A stretch of DNA of 64,000 bases from Monocercomonoides exilis PA203. Lineage: Eukaryota; Protista; Preaxostyla. The position numbers and the translations under genes were made by a program. Every line of letters begins with the position of its first letter. Positions within the stretch are counted from its first letter, which is position 1. The stretch is taken from assembly GCA_001643675.2 (NCBI GenBank), contig LSRY02000005.1, positions 496,001 through 560,000 of the forward strand, read 5' to 3'. Under the pieces are notes generated by a model. It saw only the letters and a program-made list of their open reading frames with translations. It did not search any database and was not told the DNA's origin. Below are positions 39,772 through 50,056 of the stretch, piece after piece.

Positions 39772-42700
39772 ATGTTATCAATTCTTTTTTTCTGTTTTTC
39801 ATTGATATTATTTGCTTGCTGCTTCAATGAGAATTCATTGCACGATAGCGAACTTGGATGCATTCCGCAAAATATTTTAAAAGATAAAAATCGTTTCCTT
39901 GATGAAATATTCAAAAGTCAAGCCGGATCAATTAAAAAAGAATATGAAAATAAATATTTTCAAAATATTGAATATGGTATTTGTTACAGTGTGATTGAAG
40001 TACACATTAAGTTGAGTAATGCTTCATTTGCAGCGAATCACATTTCTTTCATGAAGACAAATAAATCTGCACAAATTGAAATGAAAAATATCGCTTTTTT
40101 CCACTCCAATAATTGCAACTATCTTCCTGATTCTTCTCCAATCCATATCAAATGCACATCGCAAAGTCGGATTATGCTTCATAACATCTCATATATCTCT
40201 CTTCCATTTTTCGAAAACCCACAAAGTCTAATTCTCAGTTTTTCATCATATACTCAAATATCAATTGAAGAATCTTCGTTCTTCAATTTGCAAACTTTAT
40301 CGAATTCCAACCTAGTGTGGAGCGGGAATATTAAAAGTTCTTTTGTTGACAAATGCCAGTTCCATAACATATCTCAATCGATGCCTTTTAAAACTTGCTC
40401 AAGTCAAGTTTCATTTTCAAAATGCTGCACATTTTCAAACAGCATCATTGCAAGTTCAGTAAATGCTATTGAAGGTGCAATTATTCATGGAACACAAAAC
40501 TCAAATGCTTTCAATTGCTTTAATTCTTCTTTTATTCTCAGTGAAAGGATTGAAAATTCATTGATCTCAAAAAATAGAACGGAGACATCATCTTCGTTGA
40601 AGTTCAGCAATTGTGAATGGGTTGAATGCTCGGCAGATAGAGGAGGAGCACTGCATGTCCACGACAACATTGCTGCCGTGCTCAAAATCGCCAATTCTTC
40701 ATTCGTGAGATGCAACGCAACAAACAAGAGAGGTGGAGCAATATATGCCCTCAATATTGCTAAGTGCCTTGTTTATGATACAACTTTTCAAGAATGCTAT
40801 TGTGTAGCTTCCAATGATTATGGAGGAGCAGGAATAGAGTGTGAAAATCTTATTTCGCAACTATTGATTCAGAATTGCTGTTTTAAAGATGGATGGTCTG
40901 ATAATGATGGAGGTGCAATGTTCATTTATGATTCTCAAACAAAAATCAAAGAATGTGTCATTGATTGCGCTTTTATTAATAATAGTTGTCATTCTTCAGA
41001 AAATGGAGACGGTGGAGGAGTTTGTATTTATCAAATGAAAGGAGGAGTGGTGTTTCGAAATTGCCGTTTTGAAAATTGTGATTCGCAACGTTATGGTGGT
41101 GGATTAACAACATATATTATGAATGAAAATAATGGAATACTTTTGTATTATTGTTTCTTTCACAACAATAATGCAATGCTATTCGGTCATGATATCTGCT
41201 TGCAAAATCCAACACAAAATCACATTGATGGATCATGCAAAACAACAAGGAGCTCCAATAACAGAGTTGCTCGCCGTTCTGATGGTCAAGACTTAAGCAA
41301 TTATCTTTCCTGCGAATATGATTCAATCAGATATGTTGCTTCATTCATTGTTCAACCAAATGCAAACGACACTTACAGTTGCGGATCCTCCATGGAATAT
41401 CCCTGTGAATCAATCAGTTTTTGTGTCTCACAGCTTATTCCTGGAGTTGTTATGAATATCAATATGATGGAAGGTGCAATCTCTGAGACACATCCCATTA
41501 AAATCCTTAACAATCAATACATTTTAAGTGGGCCAACTGAAAGCGGAGCAGAAATACAAACCATGTTCGCTGAATCAGACGTGTCTCTTTTCACTGTGTC
41601 AACCGGATCGCTTGATGTTAATCATATAAGAGTTATTCATGACTCTTCAATAAACAATAATAGAGAATCGCGAATATGCTGCATTTCCAGTTCAGGTGCA
41701 ATCAATCTGAAAAACACAAATATATCAACTGATAATTCACATTCTCCTGACACATCTTTCAAAACTGAAATGATAAGAATCGTTGCTGGATCATTAACAA
41801 TGGAAAATGTTGGATGGACTCGTTTTTTTTCATCAACGTCTTTCATATTTTTGTCACAGACAGAAATTTTGTCGATTTCATTGCTTGAAACAACATTTGA
41901 AAATATTATTCGAACATCTCAAGGTGCTGCGCTTATCGATTCTTCAACTACAACCGCAAACATTGCACTAAAAAAATGTATCATTGACGGATGCGGAAGT
42001 CAATCTTCTGTTGATGGAGGTGCCATATGCATTTCTTTGAATAGCCCATGCAAGCTAAAAATTGAAGAAGGAACAATTCAGAACTGCTATGCATCATCAT
42101 CAGTTGGAAGAGGTGGTGGTGTTTTCCTAAAATTGTGCAATCTTCAAGTTGAGTTTTCTGTCTTCACATTGTTCAACAATAACGTTGCAAAATGGGGATA
42201 CGACTTGTTCGTTCAATCTCCAGATCTTCAAGCCACTTCCACAAGTGGCCAAATATTGTTGAAAATACCTTGGAACAGCACTTTCAGCACAATCAGAGGA
42301 TTGGATAATGAAGCAACATCTGTGCCTATTCCATTGTGTGTGTATCTTCTTGACCAGCCACAAAATATTACTGTGGCAAAGAATGATGCATTGAATCATC
42401 CTCTTTGCGGTTTCGAACAGTTTCCATGTTCGTCTTTGAATTATGCACTAACTCGTCAATCTGGAGACAAGTTCGTTGTTTTCAATGATATGGTCACTCT
42501 TTCAGAGGATATTGCTATCGAGCAAAATAAACATATAATCCAAGGTGCATGTGAATCTTGCGGACTTGACATAACAGACAAAATGAACGAAAATTCTAAC
42601 TCATTGATCAGCATCTCGTCGATCACACACTTAACAACCTTGAAGTTTACTCTTCCAGCCGAGCTACCATTTCATCAATTGTTCATGAAGTCATCATCTT

Positions 42701-45700
42701 CTCTTCTTGAGATCATTTCTTGTTCAATCAGCACAAAAGATCCTGACTCCGTCATCACCTTTACGTTTCTAGAAATGGATGCAGGATTCCTCAACATTTC
42801 TTTGTTCAAAACAACATCCTTGCTTTTAGGAAGCAATCCATTGTTTGTTTTAAATGGTGAAAATTCAATCTGTTCTTTCTCTTCTGTTCACATAGAAAAA
42901 GTGTCTTCAACATTATCATCTCATATCTTTTCTGTTTCAAGTAAGGTCACATTCAAGATGATGAATTCGATGTTAAGTGCTTCAACAACTTCTCAGGACA
43001 ATCAAGATCTCTCTCTTGGAGCAATTTTCGCAAATGCTCCTTTCTTGGTAGATCTTACAAACAACACAATCACAGACTTTGTAAAGAAAAACTCAAAAGG
43101 TGGTTCAGTCACGTGCACTTTGGAAGAAGGAGGAAAAATAGATATTATTGGAGGCACCATTTCCGAGTGCAAGAGTTTGAATGGAGACGGAGGAGGTCTG
43201 CGGATAGCAATGAGTGGAGCTTCATCTTTTTTCATTGGAAATGCAAGTTCTTTAGCTTCAAAGCATTGCGTGAACACGAACTCAGAGCAACTTTTAACTT
43301 TCATAGCAAAGTGTGTTGCAACAGCTACCACTGTGACAAATGCTGGATGTGGTGGAGGACTTTTCTTGCAAATTGGATCGAATGCTTCGTCATTTGTTCT
43401 AAATGACTTGCTCTTTGATCAATGCCAAGGCACAAAAGGAAAGGATCTGTTTCTTGTTGCTGATGATCTTTTTCAAGTTTTAAGCAATGATTCCATTTCT
43501 TTCAATCCCGATTTAAACGATTTCACTCGCCTCAATGGATACGAGCGGTCAACAAGCAACAACGCTTTTTCAATTCCTTTGTTGCTTTATCTGTGGGACA
43601 ATTATTCGTCTGTCATTTATGTTGGTGGAATTGGCGCTTGGGACTTTTCCAGTTGCGGAAGTGAAACATATCCTTGTTCGTCCATCTCAGCCGCATTGAA
43701 ACAACGCTTTGCAAATATAACGAAAAATTTGATTTTGCATCCTTCCTTTTGCATTCAAGAAGAGCTTCTTTTCTCTCAGAAAGAGTTTACAATTGGCAGC
43801 ATTGAAGATTCAATAACCTGCCCAATCACGGATACAGCAATCAATAAAAGAAACGCTTTGATAACATCTCAAAAGTCAACATCCTTTGAAGGAATAACCT
43901 TTTTGCTTCCACAAAATCTTATTTCTCATTCATTGATATTTTTATGCCTTTCAGATACACTGAGTTTGAATAAGTGTGCCATCCAGTCGAAAGAAGAATA
44001 CATCTCTTTTGTTTTCGGAAGTGTTGAAGGAGGGAAGCTTCTCATATCTGAATTCCAATTTTGTTACGGAACTGTCGACACAGGTGCTGTATTTTCTGTG
44101 AATGGAACGAACGGTGATGCTTCAATACAAATGAGCTTCTGTAACTTTGAATCACTTAAAATTTCAACTGGAAATTTGATTAGTGCTGCAAACAGTGATG
44201 AAAGTAATATCACAGAATGCAATTTTTCAACAATTTCCAGGGTAAAGGGGAGTGGAGGTTGCTTTCATTTCGTCTGCAGTGATAGTGTTGAATCTGAACT
44301 TCGAAGCGCAAAAGTTAGCAAATGCAATTTTGACAAATGCAGCGTCGAAGAAAAATATGCTGGAGGTGGCGGCGTGTTCTGCTCTATTGATGAGCATTCA
44401 TCTGTTTTCATAAGTGAGTGTCAATTTAGCAATTGCATCGCACCAAATGGAGATCAAACTTCCGGGTACGGGGGTGGAATATACTTCAATCTTGTCTCTT
44501 CAAATTCCAGCTTTTGCATTTCTGCTCCACGCTTTCCTCCACAATCTCCAAACAAAGCAAAATATGGCAACGATGTTTTCATAAAAGCAGTCGATTTGTC
44601 GCGTAGCATCACAAATGAAACTTTACCATTTGTTGCCAGCGTGATGGAGTCGCTCACAAAAGAGTCATTGAGGGGATATGATGGAGAAGATGAAGAACAT
44701 GCAATTCCTTTGCAATTCTTTTTGAAGACATTGAACTCTTCGTTATTTGTAAAATCGGATGGCATTGATGTGATTGTTTGCGGTTTTGAAGAGTATCCTT
44801 GCCATTCATTCGGGTATTCGCTTCAGAGAATTGCAGGAAAAGAGAATAAATCTCTTTCTATAATTGACGAAGCAATTCTGAATTGTGAAGTTATTTTGAA
44901 TGCCACAAAAGTTGCTTCTGTAGGAGATGTTGTGTCGCATTTAGTTTGTGTACGAGCGTTGGATGGAAATACGCACAATGTGATTAGTGTTGATGCTCAT
45001 TCTTCTATCAAATCAGTGAATATCGAATTCCCGAACGCTTTTAGCAATGAAGCAAATGCCTTTATTTCACTGAAAGAAGATATGAGTCATTTAACAATCG
45101 AAGAATGCGAATTTGTACAGCTCGAAGCTGATTCCACATCGCTTCAGTTTGAGCTTTTTGTGGTCAAAAAAGGATGGTTGACTCTTTATCAGACCTCATT
45201 CACCGCCATTTCCTCGTCAGTTCCCCTTTTCGATTTTTCTCCTTCTGCTTTCGTTGAAATACAAAATGCGAATATTGAAGATATTTTCCTTTCTTCGAAA
45301 AGCGCATTCATTTTGAGAGATGAAATCGAAAATGATCATTTAAATTTCGTTGAAGAAGAAAACTGCAACATTTGCTTTTCTTCATGCACATTTCTTCGCA
45401 TCCACCAAAATTTCTCTGATAATCCGTCTGCCATCCAGGCAGGAAAACGAAGGAACAACGGAATAATGATTGCAAACTCAACGTTCCAAGATTGTGGTTC
45501 GACTGTTTCACAAAAAGGCGGTTGCATGCTGCTGGAACTCCACGAGAACTTTAAGATTGTTTGTTCCAATTCCACAATTGCCGAATGTTTTGCTTCATAT
45601 GTGGGCCGAGGAGGAGGAATTTTTCTAATTGGAAAAACTGATAAAAATCAGCCTTTGCAATTTGCATTTTCAAATATAACATTATCTGGAAACAGAGCAT

Positions 45701-48700
45701 ATCGTGGCTTTGACTTTTTTATTAAATGTCAAAACATTGAAACTCAAATTGTTGAGGAGCAGTTCCAGCTTGATTTTCGAAGTCTAAGCAGCAAAGAGCT
45801 CTCGATATGGGGCTGTACCAGAGAATCGAACGAAGACGAACAAGACTTACTTCCAAAAGTTTTTTTGTTCAGAAGCGAAACAATTTTTGTTTCCGGCGTT
45901 TCGAGTAATAACACAAATAACAGACAATGCGGCAGTCTGAGCGGCCCGTGCACTTCGTTGGATACAGGCATTTCCCACATAATCCCAACAAAATATTCTC
46001 AATTATTGATCGTAGAGGAAACAAATTTGCAGTCTACAACTTCCATTAAAAGCGTTTTAATTCGGTCTTTAGATCAGCCTGAAAAAGTAATTATTCATTT
46101 GGACGAAAAAATAGAATGCGAGAAAAGTCCTTTAATTGCCTCATACGACATCGTCAAATTGGAATATCTTTCATTTATTTTCAACCCCTCGTTTTGTTCT
46201 GACGCCAACGCTTTAATTGGGCAGATGAATGGAACATTGACGATTTCGTTTTTGCTTTTTTCAGTTGAACCAAATGATTCGATCCCTGTGAAAAACGATT
46301 TAAACTTCAATATTATATCTGTTGATTGCGGTAGCTTATTATTGGAAAATTGCGAGTTTTCGTTTTTCCGTTTGGCCAGGCCGATGATTCTCATTTCTCC
46401 AAATGCTGAAGCAAGAATTGAAGACAACGTAGTTCATGATATTGCAAGCCAAAAGTCATTGTTTGCTTTTGAAAATGCTCTTTGGGTGGTTGTGCATGAT
46501 TTGAATATTTCTCGAATACAGTTTCAAGAAGGAACTTGTTGCGAATTTGAGTTTTCAAATGATTCAAAGGCAATATCGTCTTGTTTGTTTTTTGAAAATA
46601 TTACAACTTTTTCGGATATGGCATCTTCTATTATGGTCAACGACATTGAAGCACTGGAATTATCAATGGAGAATTGCTCGTTTAGGAATTGCATTTCTCG
46701 TTCAGAAAAAGGATCCATTGCCTTGATCAGCCTTTGCAAAAATGTTACAATCAGTTTTTGTTCATTTGATGGATTAAGTTCTGAGGTAAATTTGAGTGTT
46801 CAGAATTCAAAATCAGATGCTATTTGCAAATGGAATGGTTCTTTGGTGGATTTTTCAAGCAGTGATGTGTTCATGAAAGAAGCAAAAATAGAAAACTCAC
46901 CAAAAGGCGGATTGTCATTGTCCGAAGGAAGTGTATCGATAGAAAAAGGGGAATTTGCAGGAAATAACGCGCGCGTAGAGGGATATTCATCGGCACGCAG
47001 AAACATTTTGTGCTTCAATGCAAAAAAGTTGGGATTGGTTGATACGAAGGAAGGAGGAACAGCAAATGATAACAAATTACAATGGATAATTAACGATGGC
47101 TGCAATCTCGTTGGCTCTGGATTTGAAAAGGGATGGGATCTGTTTACGCCAATTCTTGAGGATATTAAGACAGAAGATTTTAGAGAATTGATAAGACTGA
47201 GATTTTTCGGAAAGATGCTCCATCCATGCAATCTATCATTTCAGGTGATAAGCTCAAAAGGTGAAGAAAAGCTGATTGAAACATATGAGCTTGGGGAAGA
47301 AGGGTATTTGACCGAGAAAGAAGCTGAAGGGATAGTAGGTTCAAATTTAATCAAAGAAGCAGAAGATGAGGCAGAAGTGCTTGTCAGGCTAAAATATGGA
47401 TTCAAAAAAAGCCCTCTATATACAGATTGCGTTGTGATAAAGAATAGAACCGAGCTACTGAAAAATACAGATGGGAACGTTGTGAAAGGAGGAAAGAAAG
47501 AAAGAACATTGTGGCCGATCATTGTTATTATCCTTGTTGTTATATTATTGATTGTTCTTATTGTATCAATAATATTCATTGTTCGATGGAGAAAAGCTAA
47601 AAATGAGAACGAAGATCTGAGAGAGATTGTGGAAGACACAGTGAGGAAGGATCCGAAACTGATTGAGATGATAACTATGGAGATGTCTCCCGAGGAGCAG
47701 TGGCGAAGAGCAGAAAGAGAGGCAGAGAAGAAGAATGATGAGAGAATGAAGAAGAGGGTGTATGATACGAATATGCAACATTCTGAATCATCCGAGCATC
47801 TTCTATCTGAGAGTGGTTCAACTGAATACATCTTGGGAAGAGATTCAGATAAGATTCCTCAATGGGCGTTAGAAAAGGAGGAGGAGGAAGAGATAAGAAA
47901 GCAGACTCCATCTCCATCCATTTCATCCACTTCAACAACTGATTCAGATTCGACTTTTGTTCGATCAGAGAGTCTGTGCCCAACCACCTCATCCATGTCG
48001 AATCTTGTGGATGCGATGGCGTGCTCATCGCCACACGAGAAGCTGATTGTGGATCTGAGGGATTCGCTGTTCATGCTGCTGCATGGGCGGAACAAGACAA
48101 AGGAAATGCCGATTGGCACATTGAAAGAAAGAGAACAAATAGCTGCACAGATTTTGTTCTGGGTGGCCAATCTCGCACTGCATTCATTTGATGAAATGGA
48201 AAATCCTCTTTCTTCACTTTCCAACCTCAGCCCGCACGTTGTTTTATTCTCTGAGCATATGGTAATCTGCATTGTGATGCACTCAGATTTATTATCAGAT
48301 GATGATTCAGATTCCTCATCCATCTCTTCATCAACAGTTGTGACATCTGCAACTGACGATGATGATGATGATGATTCACTTCCCTCATCAGCATTTGAGG
48401 ATGAGGATGACTTCAAAAAAGAGTGCCTGAGATGGAAGGCACCAGAACTGCTGATGAACAAGAAGATGGGTGCAACAAAGGAGTCTGTTGTATTTTCCAT
48501 TGGGATGATGCTGTGGGAATGCTTGACTCTTCAGATCCCGTTTGGGGAGTATCCAGCAGAGGTGGCAGGGCAGAAGATCGCGAATGGAGAGAGGCCAAGT
48601 GAAAAGTCAATGGAAGAAAGTGGATTAGGAGAGCTTGTGAAAAGCTGCTGGCAATCACAATGCTCTTTTCGTATTTCTATAGATGATTTGAAAAGAGAGC

Positions 48701-48942
48701 TTTTTTTACATTTCCCCGCAGGAACAATGATTCTAACGATGTCAGATGCAATTGACGATGAGGATGGAACAGAAGAGGATATCGATAAAACGAGCGATGA
48801 AGTGCGATTAATCTCGGAACCGCAAGAAACATTTTCAGTGAATTCATCTAAAAAAGGGAAAGAGAAAAGAAAGCAACTTGATCAGAAGAAGAAAGAAAAA
48901 ATAAGAGAAACAGAAAAAGTACAAATGAAGATTATTACATAA
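39772..48942 (+). CDS. Single-pass receptor-like protein with a pectin-lyase/Pmp-like beta-helix repeat ectodomain and a degenerate tyrosine-kinase-like (pseudokinase) domain, ~3,056 aa
   Basis: Signal peptide from ATG 39772. Many GGA(I/L)/GGG motifs and five CG-x4-5-PC modules. TM helix IIVIILVVILLIVLIVSIIFIV. Kinase C-lobe motifs LRWKAPE, VFSIGMMLWECLTLQIPF, GERP and SCW. Confidence 0.88.
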   Translation: MLSILFFCFSLILFACCFNENSLHDSELGCIPQNILKDKNRFLDEIFKSQAGSIKKEYENKYFQNIEYGICYSVIEVHIKLSNASFAANHISFMKTNKSAQIEMKNIAFFHSNNCNYLPDSSPIHIKCTSQSRIMLHNISYISLPFFENPQSLILSFSSYTQISIEESSFFNLQTLSNSNLVWSGNIKSSFVDKCQFHNISQSMPFKTCSSQVSFSKCCTFSNSIIASSVNAIEGAIIHGTQNSNAFNCFNSSFILSERIENSLISKNRTETSSSLKFSNCEWVECSADRGGALHVHDNIAAVLKIANSSFVRCNATNKRGGAIYALNIAKCLVYDTTFQECYCVASNDYGGAGIECENLISQLLIQNCCFKDGWSDNDGGAMFIYDSQTKIKECVIDCAFINNSCHSSENGDGGGVCIYQMKGGVVFRNCRFENCDSQRYGGGLTTYIMNENNGILLYYCFFHNNNAMLFGHDICLQNPTQNHIDGSCKTTRSSNNRVARRSDGQDLSNYLSCEYDSIRYVASFIVQPNANDTYSCGSSMEYPCESISFCVSQLIPGVVMNINMMEGAISETHPIKILNNQYILSGPTESGAEIQTMFAESDVSLFTVSTGSLDVNHIRVIHDSSINNNRESRICCISSSGAINLKNTNISTDNSHSPDTSFKTEMIRIVAGSLTMENVGWTRFFSSTSFIFLSQTEILSISLLETTFENIIRTSQGAALIDSSTTTANIALKKCIIDGCGSQSSVDGGAICISLNSPCKLKIEEGTIQNCYASSSVGRGGGVFLKLCNLQVEFSVFTLFNNNVAKWGYDLFVQSPDLQATSTSGQILLKIPWNSTFSTIRGLDNEATSVPIPLCVYLLDQPQNITVAKNDALNHPLCGFEQFPCSSLNYALTRQSGDKFVVFNDMVTLSEDIAIEQNKHIIQGACESCGLDITDKMNENSNSLISISSITHLTTLKFTLPAELPFHQLFMKSSSSLLEIISCSISTKDPDSVITFTFLEMDAGFLNISLFKTTSLLLGSNPLFVLNGENSICSFSSVHIEKVSSTLSSHIFSVSSKVTFKMMNSMLSASTTSQDNQDLSLGAIFANAPFLVDLTNNTITDFVKKNSKGGSVTCTLEEGGKIDIIGGTISECKSLNGDGGGLRIAMSGASSFFIGNASSLASKHCVNTNSEQLLTFIAKCVATATTVTNAGCGGGLFLQIGSNASSFVLNDLLFDQCQGTKGKDLFLVADDLFQVLSNDSISFNPDLNDFTRLNGYERSTSNNAFSIPLLLYLWDNYSSVIYVGGIGAWDFSSCGSETYPCSSISAALKQRFANITKNLILHPSFCIQEELLFSQKEFTIGSIEDSITCPITDTAINKRNALITSQKSTSFEGITFLLPQNLISHSLIFLCLSDTLSLNKCAIQSKEEYISFVFGSVEGGKLLISEFQFCYGTVDTGAVFSVNGTNGDASIQMSFCNFESLKISTGNLISAANSDESNITECNFSTISRVKGSGGCFHFVCSDSVESELRSAKVSKCNFDKCSVEEKYAGGGGVFCSIDEHSSVFISECQFSNCIAPNGDQTSGYGGGIYFNLVSSNSSFCISAPRFPPQSPNKAKYGNDVFIKAVDLSRSITNETLPFVASVMESLTKESLRGYDGEDEEHAIPLQFFLKTLNSSLFVKSDGIDVIVCGFEEYPCHSFGYSLQRIAGKENKSLSIIDEAILNCEVILNATKVASVGDVVSHLVCVRALDGNTHNVISVDAHSSIKSVNIEFPNAFSNEANAFISLKEDMSHLTIEECEFVQLEADSTSLQFELFVVKKGWLTLYQTSFTAISSSVPLFDFSPSAFVEIQNANIEDIFLSSKSAFILRDEIENDHLNFVEEENCNICFSSCTFLRIHQNFSDNPSAIQAGKRRNNGIMIANSTFQDCGSTVSQKGGCMLLELHENFKIVCSNSTIAECFASYVGRGGGIFLIGKTDKNQPLQFAFSNITLSGNRAYRGFDFFIKCQNIETQIVEEQFQLDFRSLSSKELSIWGCTRESNEDEQDLLPKVFLFRSETIFVSGVSSNNTNNRQCGSLSGPCTSLDTGISHIIPTKYSQLLIVEETNLQSTTSIKSVLIRSLDQPEKVIIHLDEKIECEKSPLIASYDIVKLEYLSFIFNPSFCSDANALIGQMNGTLTISFLLFSVEPNDSIPVKNDLNFNIISVDCGSLLLENCEFSFFRLARPMILISPNAEARIEDNVVHDIASQKSLFAFENALWVVVHDLNISRIQFQEGTCCEFEFSNDSKAISSCLFFENITTFSDMASSIMVNDIEALELSMENCSFRNCISRSEKGSIALISLCKNVTISFCSFDGLSSEVNLSVQNSKSDAICKWNGSLVDFSSSDVFMKEAKIENSPKGGLSLSEGSVSIEKGEFAGNNARVEGYSSARRNILCFNAKKLGLVDTKEGGTANDNKLQWIINDGCNLVGSGFEKGWDLFTPILEDIKTEDFRELIRLRFFGKMLHPCNLSFQVISSKGEEKLIETYELGEEGYLTEKEAEGIVGSNLIKEAEDEAEVLVRLKYGFKKSPLYTDCVVIKNRTELLKNTDGNVVKGGKKERTLWPIIVIILVVILLIVLIVSIIFIVRWRKAKNENEDLREIVEDTVRKDPKLIEMITMEMSPEEQWRRAEREAEKKNDERMKKRVYDTNMQHSESSEHLLSESGSTEYILGRDSDKIPQWALEKEEEEEIRKQTPSPSISSTSTTDSDSTFVRSESLCPTTSSMSNLVDAMACSSPHEKLIVDLRDSLFMLLHGRNKTKEMPIGTLKEREQIAAQILFWVANLALHSFDEMENPLSSLSNLSPHVVLFSEHMVICIVMHSDLLSDDDSDSSSISSSTVVTSATDDDDDDDSLPSSAFEDEDDFKKECLRWKAPELLMNKKMGATKESVVFSIGMMLWECLTLQIPFGEYPAEVAGQKIANGERPSEKSMEESGLGELVKSCWQSQCSFRISIDDLKRELFLHFPAGTMILTMSDAIDDEDGTEEDIDKTSDEVRLISEPQETFSVNSSKKGKEKRKQLDQKKKEKIRETEKVQMKIIT

Positions 48943-49314
48943 GATGGGATTAAATGAGAAGTGATTTTTTAATGCAAAAGAAACATTTTCACCATTTTCA
49001 AAGAAAAGATGGAAAATGTTTTGAAGTCATTTTGCAGTTATCCTAAAATTTATTTTTACAAAAAAATGAAGCATATTTGAAAGATAAATAACTTAGTAAT
49101 ATTTGATTATTTCAAAAACATAAAGCTTGTAAACGATTTTTTACATTATCAATTTATTTTTTTAATTGTGTTCCGACCAAAATAAATGCCCGTGTTATAA
49201 AATCACCATAAATTATTGTACTCCTTCAAATTATAAATCAAAAACTACACTCATTTTTAGCGCAAAGCGATTCTTAATTTTTCAATTTCTTGAATAAAAC
49301 AGAATTTAACGATT

Positions 49315-49707
49315 TCAATCTAAATATGCTTCAGCTGTATTGCTCAAATAATTCACAGTATCAGAATAATCAGGCGATTTGCTAAGGCCAGGAATGAAAC
49401 CTGTGTATTTATGGGCATTGAGCGTATCAGCAAGGACTGACAATGGAAGAGAAAGAGAAGGCGATGAATGAACACGAACAAGAGATCTGCAATGCCTACA
49501 ACGCTCGCTTAATGGAATAATTGCTGTTTTGCAGAAAGTGAGAGAAAAAAATTATGATAAAGCACATATTGGAAGAAATTAAACACGAATAAAAATTAGA
49601 GCGACATTCATTCATTAGTTAAAACTTCATATTTGCAAGAACAACAACAAAAATTTCTCTCTCTTTTGTCTCGATGCAATGCAATGCAATGGCAAAAAGA
49701 AAAAAAG

Positions 49708-49746
<39 letters not shown>

Positions 49747-50025
49747 GGACAAATAATAAAAACAACATATTGCATACATGATGTCATTGGAGAAGGAGGT
49801 AAGCGAAATGCGGGATAAGTAATGGGAATATTTTGTGAGAGAGGGAAAAGAGAAGTTGTGCGTGAAAACGCGGGGAAAGACGAGAGAAACGACGATAGAC
49901 GCTCTTTTGTCACAGAAGGAGGTGGAAGAGATGGCTCAGTCACAGGAATTTGCGAGGAAGATGAAGATGACGTGTGATCATAAAACGAAGAAAATGTTGT
50001 CCTCAGACGCTTTGGTTGAGAAGAA

Positions 50026-50056
<31 letters not shown>

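Noticed and set aside
48981-49022. Imperfect stem-loop 3' of the receptor gene
   Set aside because: Short, AT-rich and bulged, with no SECIS or other recognisable motif.
49608-49777. Poly-Phe C-terminus of the 791-aa ORF and the ~50-nt A-rich run as a retroposon tail
   Set aside because: The run lies inside the predicted last Misato intron, and no target duplication or retroelement body is evident.
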